DNA from: Felis catus
Taxonomy: Eukaryota
DNA: 64,000 bases
Reading direction: 5' to 3'
NCBI RefSeq assembly: GCF_018350175.1
Contig: NC_058368.1
Span: 207,516,001 to 207,580,000 of the forward strand
The position numbers were made by a program, and so were the translations under genes. How positions within the stretch are numbered: the first letter of the stretch is position 1; each line of letters begins with the position of its first letter. The notes under the pieces are model-generated. The model was not told the DNA's origin. It saw nothing but the letters and a program-made list of their open reading frames with translations, and searched no databases. Positions 35,151 through 49,080 of the stretch are shown here, piece after piece.

Positions 35151-38100
35151 GATCAGTGATATTTTTTAACCTAGCCTAATAGAGTCCATCAGCCTACAAG
35201 GGATTAAAAAAGAAAAAGAAGAAGGTGGTCAGGATGACATTGAATCATTTCACAAATTATGTTCTAATAAGTTTGTTTCATAGTTACATTATAGATACTC
35301 TTAAGTCCTCCCTATAACATTACTAAACAGTAGTATTAATTTCCAAATGATACTATAGAATTTAAAATGGAAACATTTATATTCCTCTGACCAAAAGAAA
35401 AATTGTCACTAGGTTACACCCAGGTCTGACTAATTTTATATTAGGACAGATAATTTTGTATTTAGGTAGTCTTCTTGCCTGACAAATACTACTTTGTTAA
35501 ATAAGGTATTTTAAAAAAGAAAAAAAAGAATGTAAAGCTTCACCAATATTTATTCTATACCAAAATGGAAATATTCCTATTTTAAAATTAAACAGACAAC
35601 AAACTAGGAAAATGAGTGCATATATTCATACCTGCAATCAACTGACAGTGGGAAATAATACAAACTCAAGGAATAGCAAAGAGATTTATTTTCCCCTTTG
35701 TCATCTTTTCTGAGTCTGTGAAATCCCAAGGCACATCTGTTCATTTTCCAACTTTTCTGGCCTATCCTAATTATGGGGAAGGAAACTGGAATGAATGAAA
35801 GAATGAGAAAGGACAAAAGGAGAAATAGATCAATTTTTCACGTATGACCTTTGTTTCATTCATTAAAGTTCAGATTATTACTAACAAATGATCAAGCCCA
35901 ATGATCGACCCAACGAGAGTGTGCAATTTGATGATGTCAGTTGAATTTCTTTGTCTTGGAGACCTAGTGAGATAATAGGATTACAACTTCGATTCCACCC
36001 CGAGAAGACTATATAAGGACTGAAGAGGTGAGAAGCCATGAAAAGAGAATAGGAAGAGCCATGAATAGAAAACAACAAGACTCAACAGACCCTGAAGAGC
36101 CTTACGAGCCCCCAGAGCCCAAAAAAGTGTAAGATAAAAATTATAGCCAAAATAGCAAAAGGAAATCATAAGTAAATTAATATATAACATAGAATTCTAT
36201 AAACTTTATTCTTTGTCTCTTTGCTTTCCAAGTTAGTTGGTTTGATAAAACACCCCTTAAATAAAGCTTAGATGATTTCTCCATTGTCCTGTTTCAGTAG
36301 TTGTCTTAGAGATCAGTAAACGTTTGTCTGGGGTTGGGTTTAAGTTGTAAAGAAAATTCTTTCCTGCTCTTCTTGAATTTAAATACAATTTACTCATCCT
36401 GTTGAAATATAGTGGGAACTCCTTTTCTGTTGAAGAATAAGTTCATTTTTTTACCAAAGCTGATTAGTTACTTCTTCCAGAGCATTAATGTTCTGAATGG
36501 GTTAAAGCCTGTTTTCATCAAAAATATAAAGTACAAGAATGAAAATGCATTTTGTTCTCAAAACAAAAAGTGAAAGAGAAATAAGCCAAATCAAGGAACT
36601 GCCCATTTCCTCCTGCACACCCTTTTTAAACATGCCTGTTCTTATCCCACTTTCTTCCTGCTATTTTCCACTTGGCTGTTCCATATCTAGCCAAACAGGG
36701 AGACTAGAATTTCCTTGAATTTCTATGAATCTATTTTGTGAGTTCGAGTTGTTCTTTGCTGGCAAGCTCAAATGCATGCTGTTCGAAAGAGACAAGTTTA
36801 CAAAGTAATGAAGTTTTTTAGCTGACCAGTTTCCCACTTTGGAAACTCGATGGGTCACTTAGCTTTTCTGTGCTTTAATTTCATCATCACAGAGCAGCCA
36901 TGTAGCGACCATCTCCTAGTGTCTGATGATATTTTGGCCCTGAGTTTTCCTACAGCTTCTCTTAGGCAATGGGTTTCAGGGGAGGCTGTACGCATGCAGA
37001 ATTAGTGTGCATACTGTATACTGCTTTTATCGGATTCTGAAAGGAACCCATGAACCCAAAAAACAGGTTTAGAAAAATCCAAGTTGCCTTAGGATCTCAG
37101 GATGATGGAAGGAAGTATGCAAATAAATTCGCACTGGAGGAGTTGGAAATCTAATTAGGGAGCCAAACTTAATGCAGCCGATACAATGGGAGAACCATAA
37201 AAGGCAAACATATCCAAGAGCTTCATTTTGTGGTGCAGTCTGCGGGAGGCCAGAAAAAGAGGGAGAAGAGTGAGTGTGCAGAAGAGAAGGCTTCCTGGAA
37301 GAGGTGAGATTCAACATCCCTCTGTTCTCCTATCTCAGGCTCTTGTCCTGGCATGTTCGTGTTGAGCACATAAAGTAAGTAATCATTTGTTTCTTCTCTA
37401 ACATGTTAGCCATTCAGGTCATAAAGCTGAAATTGTGTAAGAGTGTAAGTAATTGTAACCCTCTCCGCTACCCATTTTGACCATGTTCCTTTTAGAAACT
37501 GATAGAGACAACACTGACAATGCTTTTAAATAATAATCAGTAAGTAGTGTTAGCTAAATTTGTGAGTGCTATTTCCCTCCATCATCTTGTAAATTGACTT
37601 TGAGAACTGAAGCTGGTTTCTGTGACCCACCCCACATTGTTGGGCCTCACTGTCTCCCCCTAGCCATCACCTTCAAGGAATACCAAAATGGCAGACTCGT
37701 TTTACCATTGCCTGAACAAAAACTGTCCTGTGGGATGCAACTTTACGAAAAGGGAATGCATGCTTAAGTATTTAAAGAATTCTAACGACTTGCATCCTCT
37801 GAGCTACTTCTGCCCTTCACTAGCAGAAATAATTGCAGTGCCCATACCAGCAAAATAGAACTTTATCTTCTTTAGATGGTATCTCTATATTGTCCGTCAT
37901 CTTTATTGCATTTCCTGTTTCACCTTCCTGCTTAGGGCCTTCGGTCCTTAATTCACTTCACAGGAAATATACTCACATATGTGATACTTGAAATATATTT
38001 TAAGTAAAAAAATTAAAACTCCTTGGTGGACTAAGAGTTATGGTTGGGAGCTTCAGCCCTTACCTTTTATTTTCTCAGTCAAATTACGTTTCTTAAACAT

Positions 38101-39766
38101 ATGTTTTTGACAGACTGCTGAATTTATGTCAATAACAACTAAAATATACCTTAATTATCATTTGGAAATAAGTACAAATTGAAATGGAATTCAAATGAAT
38201 GAATTGAAATTCAAAGTCTTCTTAATCAGAGACTTGTCCAGTCTGCTACATCGTTAAGGGAAATTTCTAGATTTCTGTTCATGATACAATTTTTGTCCAA
38301 CTTACTGGTACAGAGAGGAAAATCATGGAATGACCAAGAATAAGTAATTATTATGTACTGCATGGTGAAAATATGTTGTTCAACTTAGTAGTAAACCATG
38401 TCAGAACATCAAGATCATTTCTATCTGCAAGGTTTGCCTCGTGAGCTGTTCACCATCTTGCTGTCATGAGTCATCTGTTCGTCCTTTTGGAGATCAGGCT
38501 TGCCTACACCATGGAATTTCCCGGAAACTAAAAAATACTGATGACTGTGTCTCAAGCTTAGAGATTTTGATTTGATGGTCTGGGGTGAAGCCAGAAAACT
38601 GGGATTTTTTTAAAGCATTCCGGGTGATTTTAATGGGCAACCAGGTTGAAAACCACTGCTTTAGACCCTACACTGTACCTGCACTGAAAAAAAAAAAAAA
38701 AACTCTGTTTTTTTAGTAGATAAAAGGCTTTCTGGTTAAGCTAAAGAATGTCTCCGTTTCAAGGCCTTCTGCCAACAAATGTTTTATATCTAAAAGCATG
38801 CCTCATTCCTATACCTGTCTTACCTTGATCCTCCTTTTATTCATTGAGCATTTATTGTGTGCCACTGACTGCAATTTCAGATCCCTGCCTACCCACATAG
38901 GTTCTGATCACTCCCTCTTTAAAATACCTGCAGGTTTCAAGGCAGTATCAGGTTCTTTTCCACCCCTGGAACTTGCCCCCTGCTCTGTCTTCATGCTTTG
39001 TCCTGGCAATGATTCTATCCATATTTCTAAGCATATCTTGAGTGTGAAAAGGCATTTCCCATTTTAGAGAATAAATACTAGGGAACATCTTTTTAAATAA
39101 AGGATTTGTGTTCTCATGGTGGTAATCAGTATTAGCATCAAGTGAAAAAAATGTGCCTCTCTACTAGGTAAATGCCGTACTTACAAAAAGGTAGGGTACT
39201 TACAAAAAGATCTAGAAATTTGCAACCCAAAATTAAGGAATAAGTTGCTTTTCCTTTTCAAGAAGCAACAAAGATGATCTTCTGCCCTTGAAATTGTTTT
39301 AGAGTCAGGCTGCATATTCAAAATAAAGGTGATAAATGTGTGTAGCAGAATGTGTTCAGATAGGTATTACAGGTAATCGATGGGACTCAGCATCAAACAC
39401 CATGCCTTAAAAATATCTAATTTACCAGCATGAGGAATTAAGCCATCTGATGCTAATAAAAATTGCTAAAAACCTAACAATGAAGCTAGGTTGGCATATG
39501 GCTATATTTTTAATGATGCCATCCGATAAGCTGGTAGATAGCTACCATTTAAATATTGGTAAGATAGAGTTAAATACATTTGGGATTGTTGATTAAAATT
39601 ATCATGTTCCTTTTGTTCCTCTTAAGATTATAGCTATGTTTTCAACAAGTACTATATACTCAAAATAGAAAAGTCAAAAATTCATCAAAGTACAAAACAA
39701 GAATTATTTGTAATAAAACTGACCTAAGTCAACCACTGTTAACATTTTAGATTGTGTCCTTTTTTG

Positions 39767-39776
39767 ATAGATAGAT

Positions 39777-39815
<39 letters not shown>
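39767..39815. repeat. (GATA)n tetranucleotide STR
   Basis: About 12 units with one GAT interruption. Confidence 0.96.
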
Positions 39816-40044
39816 TCACAAATACAGATTTTATATTAAACAGGTTAATAGTGTACACAAAAGTTAATATCCAGCACTTCTTTAAAAATTCCATGTCATC
39901 TTTTGGACTTCAGAACTTCACCAATACCTGTTCTCATATTACTAAAGTATAATAACTTGATAAACCTGGCCAGTTATACAAATATTCTGAGGGCTGAGAT
40001 AACATGCAAATAAACCTTACATATCAATGTGTGAAGGCTGGACA

Positions 40045-40070
40045 GACCACACAGTTCAAAATAGGAAGTG
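40045..40070 (+). promoter_or_regulatory. RUNX (GACCACA) and PU.1/ETS (AAAATAGGAAGTG) motif pair, candidate haematopoietic promoter
   Basis: Both motifs read directly about 100 nt upstream of the ATG|GTAAGT junction. Confidence 0.5.
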
Positions 40071-40074
40071 CACT

Positions 40075-40164
40075 CTGCAAAGCTAACTTGCACATTCACT
40101 GTCCGAGTTACAGCATCTTCAGGGGCGCCGTGTGTCAGGCATATCAACTCTTTTCAGTAAAATG
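40075..40164 (+). other. FYB1: Probable upstream first exon of FYB1 (ADAP) whose only coding content is the ATG at 40162-40164
   Basis: TAAAATG|GTAAGT consensus donor; FYB1 follows C9 on the same strand in human and has an N-extended isoform from an upstream exon (recalled); exon start is a guess. Confidence 0.55.
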
Positions 40165-42477
40165 GTAAGTAATAGATTTTATGACTCTCCCTGGTCTCCT
40201 GGCAGACATCTCATCTTCTCTACTTAGGGCAGAAACGGGTAGGGATGATTCTCAGCCAGGTCCTCCAAGCCTTTGGGATTTTTGCTTGACCCATTGTTCC
40301 ATTTGCAAATAAAACTGCTGAGTGTTATACCAGTTGAGTGTCTGTGGCTTCAGGATTTCCCCTTTCTGACTCTAGCCTTCATCTAGAGGAAAGGCTATGA
40401 CTTACGGAAAGAAAGGCTGCATTCTTTGTCTTTGCCTCTTTAAGAAAGTTAGGTGCCAGAATCAGTAATGTAGGCAAGTTTCCTATTATAAGCATTTTGG
40501 ATCCCAGAAGAGAACCCCAATGATAAATGTTGGGCAATATTGCTGACGATGAGTGCCATTTTGACCACACTGTGGGTTTTATAAAGGAGCTCTTTAGTTT
40601 AAAAATGCATTTTGTTATTTTAATTAAGAGAAGCAAACAAAACCCAAATAGTCCAAACCTTAGGGACAGGTTGTGTTCCCAAAGTTAATTGAAGCTCATT
40701 ATTTGGAGCACATTTAAAATAGTGACTGGATTCCCAGCTGTACTATAAAAACTAGCTTAACCCGTGATATAGCTGAACTGCAGTGTTGGTATTGTGCTAC
40801 ACAGTTTCCTATTTTTTCTCTGTAAAAATGGCCTGTGTTCTCATACATGTAGTGTTCTTATGCTCCCAGAGTCTAGAGGAGAGCTAACTTTCTATCCCAT
40901 ATGCCCCTTCCACCACTCCCCAGTTCCCAGAAGATTAGAGACGTAGTTATCCCTTCTCTCATAAGGGAGAGGGTTGCTTCCTTTGCCAGCCTCTGGTGAA
41001 AACACGGGGATTGAGACAATGACTCCTGCAGCTACACAGTTGGGGAAGGGAATGCCCTGCAGGCATTGAGATAGAGAGGGCAAAGGGTTCATGTGATGTG
41101 TTTATAAGTCTGGAAACTCTCAAGCCAGGATGGGGAACTACAGAGGTGAGAGATAGTAACTTTGCCATGGAAGAGAAGAGACGGGGTCAGAGTTATGGAC
41201 TCATAGCAGGGACGAATGAGCAGCCATGGAGGAAATGGTGGCACACGGATCCTACCTGGAGCCACACTCTTAGAGGAAAGCAGTCACCTGTCAAGATGGC
41301 ACTTACAAGTTCTTGTAGTGTTCCCAACTGGGCCTTTAGGTTTCAGATTCTTAGAAGAATACTTGACCTTAATTACTGATAGCCTTTCCCAAAATAAGTG
41401 ATATTTACCAAGGTATTTAGATTTTTTTCAGGGGAAACAAGATGAATAATACCAAAAAAAAAAAAAATTTTTTTAACTGGATAGTGTGTATTTGGTGCAA
41501 TATATAAGCAATGTTTTCTTAGGGGTTTACTGTCTCCCTATTACAGAAGTAACACATAGTGTTAAAGAAAATTTCTTAGAAATATAGATCTGCAGAAATG
41601 AAACAATATATGTTTTCTGTGGTTTCAACACCTGGGGGTGATCATTGTGAAGTAAATACAGATCCTTTAGAATTTCATCATTTTAAAATATATTTTATAA
41701 ATATGATTTTCTATAAGTGCTATCATACTTTATAAGCCATTTCCTTACCTGCTTTTTTATTTAAAATATCTTGAATAATATCTGAGTTATGCTATCATTT
41801 TTAACGATGAATCATTTTTCCATGATTTAATCATTTCCATATAGTTAGACATTTAGATTGTTTCTTATTTTTCTTTCTTCATGGTAATACAGGCAATATA
41901 TTCATTTATACACATCACTACTCAAGAAAGGCATAGAGTTGGCCCATGTTCTTTAGTACGTGATTCCACATTTTAGAAGTGGAAGGACATGGCAACAGAA
42001 TTCTAATTGTCAACAGCTGCCCCTATGTAAATTGACTTGATAACTTAGACAAATTATCTCACCTCATGGTGAAAATGGAAAAAATAGGGTAAACTCATCT
42101 TTATGACAAGTAATTTTAGGTACATTTCAATTTGCTTAATTTTCTGGATGAAAAAGGTGGAACAGATATCTAATGCAGAAATTTTTGTATGTTGATGGTG
42201 GGTGAGGAAAAAAATCTTTTATGAATACATTTGGAAGTTTAAGAAATGGAGTAATACTCGGTTTTGCAGTTTCTGTGTGTGTGTTTGCTTGTTTTGCTCC
42301 TTTCATTCAACTTTCAGTTGACCTGTGAGCTACTGACAAAAGAAATGTGCTATCACCCACACAACCTTTCAACAAAGATTTGTTGAGCCTCTACTCCAGG
42401 TTGGGGTTTGGCTGGATCAGAATGCGGGGTGAACAACACAAGTGGGGTCCCAGCTTCCTAGAGCTTCCACTTAGGGC

Positions 42478-42896
42478 AGTGGATCTCAAACTTTAGCATG
42501 CATCTGAATCACCGGACGGTAAGGGACAGGGCCTAACATTTTGCATTTCTAATAAGTTTTCAGATACTGCTGCTGACCCAGGCACTTGGAGAACCACAGT
42601 TTGGTAGAAGTGATAGATCCAAGTTAATCAAAGTAAACACATGAAATACCTGGTAGTGACTTCTGAAGGAGGTAAATAGGAGCTGAGATAGAAGATAGAA
42701 AGGAGACATCCTCTTTAGGGCTCTGATCCCTGATAAAGTGATATTTAAACCAAAGCGCTGGGTCTCAACTCTGGCTGCACATTAGAATCACTTGAGCAGT
42801 TACAAGTCATACCCATTCCCAAGGCGCCAAACAAGACCAGTTAAATCAAAACCTTGAGGCGGGAGGTGGGGCCCAGTGAGGGTTGAGAACCGCTGC
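42478..42896. mobile_element. Two MER5-like MITE remnants
   Basis: CAGTGGATCTCAAACTT...GAGAACCAC and TCTCAACTCTGGCTGCACATTAGAATCAC...GTTGAGAACC. Confidence 0.65.
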
Positions 42897-44528
42897 ACCA
42901 AACAGTAAGAATGAGCAGGACACAGGAAACGTGGCAGTCAGAACCACTTCAAGCAGTAGAAATGGCAGGTGCAGAAGATGTGAGACAGGGGACAGCTTGG
43001 ATTGGCAAAGATGCCAGAATGGCTAAAGGGTGATCAAGAGAAGAGTGGCAAGAGATGGTTTTAAGGAAGAGGCATCAGCCCAGGGATTCGATCTTATGTT
43101 GTTCACCCCAGCAGTCATTGGTGACCCCTAAGCAAAGGAGTGAGTGCCATTATCTGGTTTACATTTTGAGAAGAGGGCTACTTCTGAAGTGACATTCGTA
43201 CTCTGCAGGCAGCCTTGACTATGCTTGGGCTTAAATATTGACTTTTTCTCCCTCATCCTTTAAAATTGGCTCTAATTTGAATGCAGCCAAGTTAGAGAAT
43301 AAATAGTGTAGGGTTTCTGAAGGAAACAGGTTTAGGGACCTTCAGATAATTTGGATGGCTTTAGTGAAAGCCCAGTTGAGAGCTGGTGTCCCAGGGAAAT
43401 CAGAGAACATAAAAAGTGAGCTAGAAGGATCCCTTTAAGAGCTAGGGTTCCAACCCTCATCTTTCAAGGACAATGTGATTCTTTTTCTTATTGTGTAAGC
43501 TGGAGGGGCCTGAATAATATGCTGATACCCCCCCAAATGGAAATCCATTCACCTCTACATGCTTTTCCCCATCTCCACTACCTGGCTTGTATTCTCTTCT
43601 TCTGCAAAAGGAGCCACACCAGCAAAATCTAGCTTGATGTGTTAAAAAAAAAAAAAAATCCTGTGCTATGATAAGCAAGTTTTAAGTCAAGGATGAGAGT
43701 CCAAATCCTAAAGGATCTTTCTCACCCACACGTCAAGACCTGTAGGAGGAAATGAGAGTCACTTCTTGGAGCACATTTTAGCATACATTAAATGTGTTGC
43801 AGCCTTGTCCTTAAGGCAAGCGGGTGTGGGACTCCAGCTCTTGATTTAGTAACTTCAGTATCACTTCCCCAATTCTCCACGTTGCATCCCATCTGCCCTC
43901 TCTGTCCTCTCATGTCATTCATTTTTAAAATATTATGGCACGAAAAAAGTAAAATAAAATATTATGGTATGTTATGAAACAAATCATATAACAAATTCTC
44001 ACATACCACCCAGATCTCATGCATATTACCATTCTGCCATAATATTGCCATTTTGCCATCTTTTCAAAAAAATGAAAAAGACAAAGTGGAATCTCTCTTT
44101 TTGTCCTTCCCAGTTCCATGTCCCTCCCTCCAACAGTAGAGGGACACTGCTCTGAAAGCAGCATCTCACCTGCCGCCATGTTTTTATGTTTTTATTTCAT
44201 CTGCCTGTATCTATAAAATAATATATAGAACTGTTTTGCTTGGTTTCATTTGCTTATGATTTCTGCGTATGCTTTTTTCTCCCTGGTATGTCTTCAAGAT
44301 GTATCCATTTGGTCACATGCAGGTCTGGTTCCAATTATTTACTTGTTATGTAGTTATTGCAATTTATTCATGTAGACTCTCAACATTTAATTTGTTGTCA
44401 TTATTTTCAATTTCAAATGATACTAGAATGAGTATGTTTCTACATAAAGGGAATGGGCACCTTCAAGGTTATTGAATGTTATAGCAAATGGTTCTCCAAA
44501 GTCATTGTAACAATTTACATCTTACCCT

Positions 44529-44650
44529 GGGGTGCCTGGGTGACTCAGTTGGGTAAGCACCTGACTGTTGATCTCAGCCCAAGTCATGATCTCAGGATCT
44601 TGAGTTCGAGCCCCACATTGGGCTCCATGCTGGGCGTGGAGCCTACTTTA
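44529..44650 (+). mobile_element. Can-SINE, short, inside a decayed L1M tract
   Basis: GGGGTGCCTGGGTGACTCAG head. Confidence 0.82.
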
Positions 44651-45825
44651 AGGATTGATGGATTTAATATATCCATATCATGCCCAATATCAGTTTGTCA
44701 GGCTTAGTGACAGAGCTCTGAGAATTTGTTATATGTAAAACCCCACTTCATTGTTGATTTAATTTTCCTGATTATTACTAAGATGAAACATGTTTTCTTA
44801 AGTTTATTGACTATTCACATGGTTTGTCCTCTTCACATGGTTTGTCCATTTTCTCATAGATCGTCTTTTCATGTTGATTTATCAAAAATCTTTACCCATT
44901 TCTAGGCGCTAATCATGGGTCAATTGTGTGCATTGTGAATTTTATGTCCCATGGCTTCTTTTTTCTTTACTTTTTGGTGTCTCTTTTTTATAGAGAAGTT
45001 TTACATCTTAATGCTAACAAATTTAAAAATAAGTCATTTATCATTTCTGGTTTTGATGTCCTTTTAAAGAAGTTATTCCCCACTCCCAAATAGTAAAGCT
45101 ATTTCTTAACCTCTCCCTTTTCGCTTTAATCATCAAGATTTTATTTATACTTGTGATGTGAAGTAGTCATCTAATATATTCCCTTGTGGATAACCAATTT
45201 AGTACTATTTATTCTAGTCTATTCTTTTCTCCTACCACTTTCTAATGCCTCCTTGGCCATATGTCCATTTGCCATATATGAGTGACTCCGCTTCTAGGCT
45301 CCCGATTCTGTCATACTGGTCAATATGTCTCATAAAGTTCCAAGTTTGTTTCTTATGTCTTACTCATCTGCTGTAGATTCATATATCCTTTTACCCAAAT
45401 ATATACACTCTTGCCTACTATCTAACTATTTCTACAGTTATTGAGGATTTCCACTATTATTCTCCCCAACACAACAGGAACCTAAAAATAGTGTGATTAC
45501 TCATTGAACACAATCTTCCAATCCTATTCCTACTTCTTAAAACTTCTTCTTGGAAGAGATGTGTGTCATTTTCACTCACACTTAATTGACCAAAATAAGT
45601 CACACATATCTCAGATGAAAGGACAGACATGTAGGGATGTATAATCATCATGCATTCAGGGTAATGGTAGAGATGGGGACCCACTTGGAAGAAGAGTACT
45701 ATATACTACAATGTATATTGCTCTTTGTGTGACTGAAAACATCTTCATTTTTACTTCATTCTTAAGTGATAGATTACCTGTGTATAAATATTCTAAATTG
45801 ATAGTTACTTTCCCTCAGAACTTTA

Positions 45826-46036
45826 TTGTTTTAAGTGTGTATTTATCTTTGAAAGAGAGAGAGAGTGAGGGAAAGTGGGAGCACGAGAGAGAGTAGGGGA
45901 GGGGCAGAGAAAGAGGGAGAAAGAGAGAATCCCAAGCAGGCTCTGTGCTGACAGCAGATGGAGGGCTTCGTCTCACAAACCTGATCATGACCTGAGCTGA
46001 AATCACACTTAACCAACTGAGCCACCCAGGCACCCC
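45826..46036 (-). mobile_element. Can-SINE
   Basis: (AG)n and GAGCCACCCAGGCACCCC head. Confidence 0.87.
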
Positions 46037-46254
46037 CCTTTCAGCAGTTTAAAGACTTATTCCATTGGCTTCCGACTTTTGTTATTGTTGGTGTAATTGT
46101 GCTGTAAAACCTGTCATTCTCTGTAGGTGAGATTCTGTCATTCCCTTTAAGATGCTTATCTTTAAGTTCTGCAGCTTTACTACACTTCATAGAGATGTGA
46201 ATTTATTTTTATTTATCCTGCTTGGTACTCAGCATATTGATTTAATGAGGAGCC

Positions 46255-46460
46255 TACAATATTTTTATATAAAGAACCAAATAGTAAATAGTTTAGGCTT
46301 TTCAGCCTTACGGTCTCTCTCACAACTATTCAGCTCTACCACTGTAGCCTGAAAGCATCCACAGACAATACATAAGCAAATGGGTATGACTGTGTTCCAA
46401 TAAAACTTTATTTATAAAAACAGGTGGCAGGCTAAATTTGGCCCACAGGCTGTAGTTGCC
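46255..46460. mobile_element. MER58A-like hAT MITE
   Basis: TGTGTTCCAATAAAACTTTATTTATAAAAACAGGTGGCAGGC..ATTTGGCCC. Confidence 0.8.
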
Positions 46461-46584
46461 TGAATTAAAGCCTAATAACTTTTTTCAATTCTGCAAAATT
46501 CTTGGCTATTATTTCCTCAAAACAATTACTCTATCATTTTGTCCTTCCTAGTTTTTGTTTGTTGGTTGGTTGGGTTTTTTGGGT

Positions 46585-46630
46585 GTTTTTGTTTTTGTTT
46601 TTGTTTTTGTTTTTGTTTTTGTTTTTGTTT
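46585..46630. repeat. (TTTTTG)n STR
   Basis: Read directly. Confidence 0.92.
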
Positions 46631-47397
46631 AGAATCTCTATTAGATAAATTTCCATGCTATCCTCCAAATTTTTTATCTCTGTGTCTCTGTGTGATGAAT
46701 TCTAAGTCAGTTTATCAACTTCATCTTTCAATCCACTAAGTTTTTCCTCACCTGTGTCCAGGATGACCAATTTTCTCAGCTTGCCCAGTGCTTTCCCAGT
46801 TTTAGCACTAAAGTCTTATGCCCCAGAAATTTCTAAGGCTCAGACAAGCCAGGGTAGTTTTTCACCCTATTTATGCCCGATTCATGTTTTATCCCATATA
46901 CTGAATTTTTGTTTCCATGATTAAGTTTTCATTTCCAACTTTGAATTAATTGTTTTCACCTAGTATCTACCTAATTTGTTTCAAATATTCTTATATTCTT
47001 CTATGGATGTTATTCATATATTTGTTTCCTAATTATTTGTGAATTTGCAAAGTCATTTTCAGGTTGCTCTACTGTTTTAATTGAATAGATTAAATCTTCA
47101 TATTTTAATTGTTGCTTTTGTTAGGGTTTTATTTCTTATTAATATTTTTCTTCCCATATGTTGGAATTTTGTGTTGTAGACCCATTTTGAAAAGGTTTTC
47201 TCAGTTGGTTAGTTTTTTTCATCCGAACTGCCTTCTCTAGTGTTGTGCTTCTCTCCACTACTTCTTCTTGAGGACTCCAGCCCAGAGCCAGGTCTATATC
47301 GACTGGCGTGTGATCAGGTTCACAGTAATATTGGGAATATTCATTGCTAAGTCACCTGGCATCTTGGCCCAGTTCCTGTTCTGGGACTGTGTCTACC

Positions 47398-47590
47398 CCA
47401 CAGTTTCTCAAATCAGCACTTCTGTGAATTGTGGCATATTTAATAGCATCTCTGCCCTCTTCCCACTGGATGTCAGTCGTACCCTTGCCCCCCTCATTGT
47501 GGCAATATACAAAGCATTTCCAGGAATTACAAAATGCCCCCACCATGACTTATTACTCTATTAAAATCACCCCCAGTTGAAAACTGCTGC
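47398..47590. mobile_element. MER20-like hAT MITE
   Basis: CAGTTTCTCAA...CCCACTGGATGTCAGT...AAAATCACCCCCAGTTGAAAACTGCTG. Confidence 0.7.
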
Positions 47591-48147
47591 TCTATCCTAA
47601 GGCAATTCTTAGTGGCAGGTCATCTGGTCTCCTTATATAAAGCTTGGATAACTAAAAAAAAAAAAAAAAAAAAAAAGTATATCTGTCCTTGCCCTTGGTT
47701 TCAAAGAGTGACCCTAGCTCTGGCTTTCAGGTTACCCTATAGGGCTGAAGTAACAAATGTCTTCATAACCTGAACTGACAGCCCAATTTACCTGCCCACT
47801 AGTCTCACTCACAGCCTTATGTTTCTGATATAGAAATGTTTATCTTTAAATTTTCTCATTTTATATTCTACCTATCACTGACATGAGGTTAGGTCAGTGA
47901 GAGAGCCACAAAACTTTAATTTATTGACCAGAACTTAATTCTTCTTCTCTTTCTCTTTTCCCTCACTTCCGTTTAGCTTCATATCTTTCTTCCTCTCTCC
48001 CTTCATCCTTGATCAGTGACATTGGGTAAATCAACAAAGTGGAAGAAATATGTCATCACCAGGGTTGATGAGCTAGTGGGAGAATTAGTTCAGTGTCTTT
48101 AGGGCTCCACTTCTCCCTTTTACTCTTATCCCAACCTATTAAGACAG

Positions 48148-48480
48148 CAGCTCTCAAAGTATGCTCCCTAAACCAGCAACATCAACATCGCCTGGGAACA
48201 TAATAGGAATTCTTGGGCTCTACCCAAGACTGACTAAGTAAGTTCTAGGAGTGGGACCCAGCCACTTGTGTGTTCCAAGCCCTCCAGGTGATTCTGATGC
48301 ATAAAAAAGTTTGAGATCTCCTGCACTAAGACTTAGCTAAAGAGGTTTGAACCAGTGATTCTCAGCCTGACTGCACATTGCAATTGCCTGTTAAACTTCA
48401 TACAATTGCATGAGCCATTCCCCAAAAGATTCTGATTCAGCTCAGGCAGGGCTCAGGTTCTTTTATCTTTTAAATTCCCC
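48148..48480. mobile_element. Adjacent MER5A/MER5B-like MITEs
   Basis: CTCTCAAAGT...CCAGGTGATTCTGATGCA...AGTTTGAGA, then CAGTGATTCTCAGCC. Confidence 0.65.
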
Positions 48481-48487
48481 CAAATGA

Positions 48488-48720
48488 TGGGGCACCTGAG
48501 TGCTTCAGTTGTTTGAGCATCTGACTCCTGATTTTGGCTCAGGTCCTGATCTCACAGTGGTGGGATTGAGCCCCGAGTGGGGCTCTGTGCTGACAGTGAG
48601 AAGCCTGCTTGGGATTCTCTCTCCCTCTCTCTCTGCCCCTCCCCCTGCTCACACGCATGCTCTCTTTCTCAAAATACATAAATTAAGATTTAAAATAAAT
48701 AAATAAATAAATAAATAAAT
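48488..48720 (+). mobile_element. Can-SINE inserted in a MER5-type element
   Basis: (TAAA)n tail; flanking TAAATTCCC..AAATGAT repeat. Confidence 0.88.
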
Positions 48721-48879
48721 TCCCACAAATGATTCAAATATCTAGTTCGATTTTGCACTACTCATGTCCCACTCACCCATTTTAATGATCACTGATGCTA
48801 AGTCTTACCCAGTATTTCAGGAATTCTACATGGAAGTGGATAAACTTCTAGTGAAAAAGTTGAAAATCAATCTCATCTG

Positions 48880-49080
48880 GAAGTGGACTTTCCTGGGTTT
48901 GAATCTCAGTGTTGCCCATTTTCAGCTATGTGACTTTGAACAATTTACCCTCTGTATGCCTCAGTTTCTCCCTCTGTAAAAAACGGGATGAATAACTATA
49001 CCTATTACTAGGGTTGTTGTAAGGATTACATAGGCTGATGTAGGAATATCTACAGAATAATGCCTGTCACACAACAAAAG
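48880..49080 (+). mobile_element. MIR (other likely MIR remnants near 3.7, 7.5, 9.27, 11.6, 59.1 and 60.8 kb)
   Basis: Core TGTGACTTTGAACAA...CCTCAGTTTC...CTGTAAAA. Confidence 0.72.
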
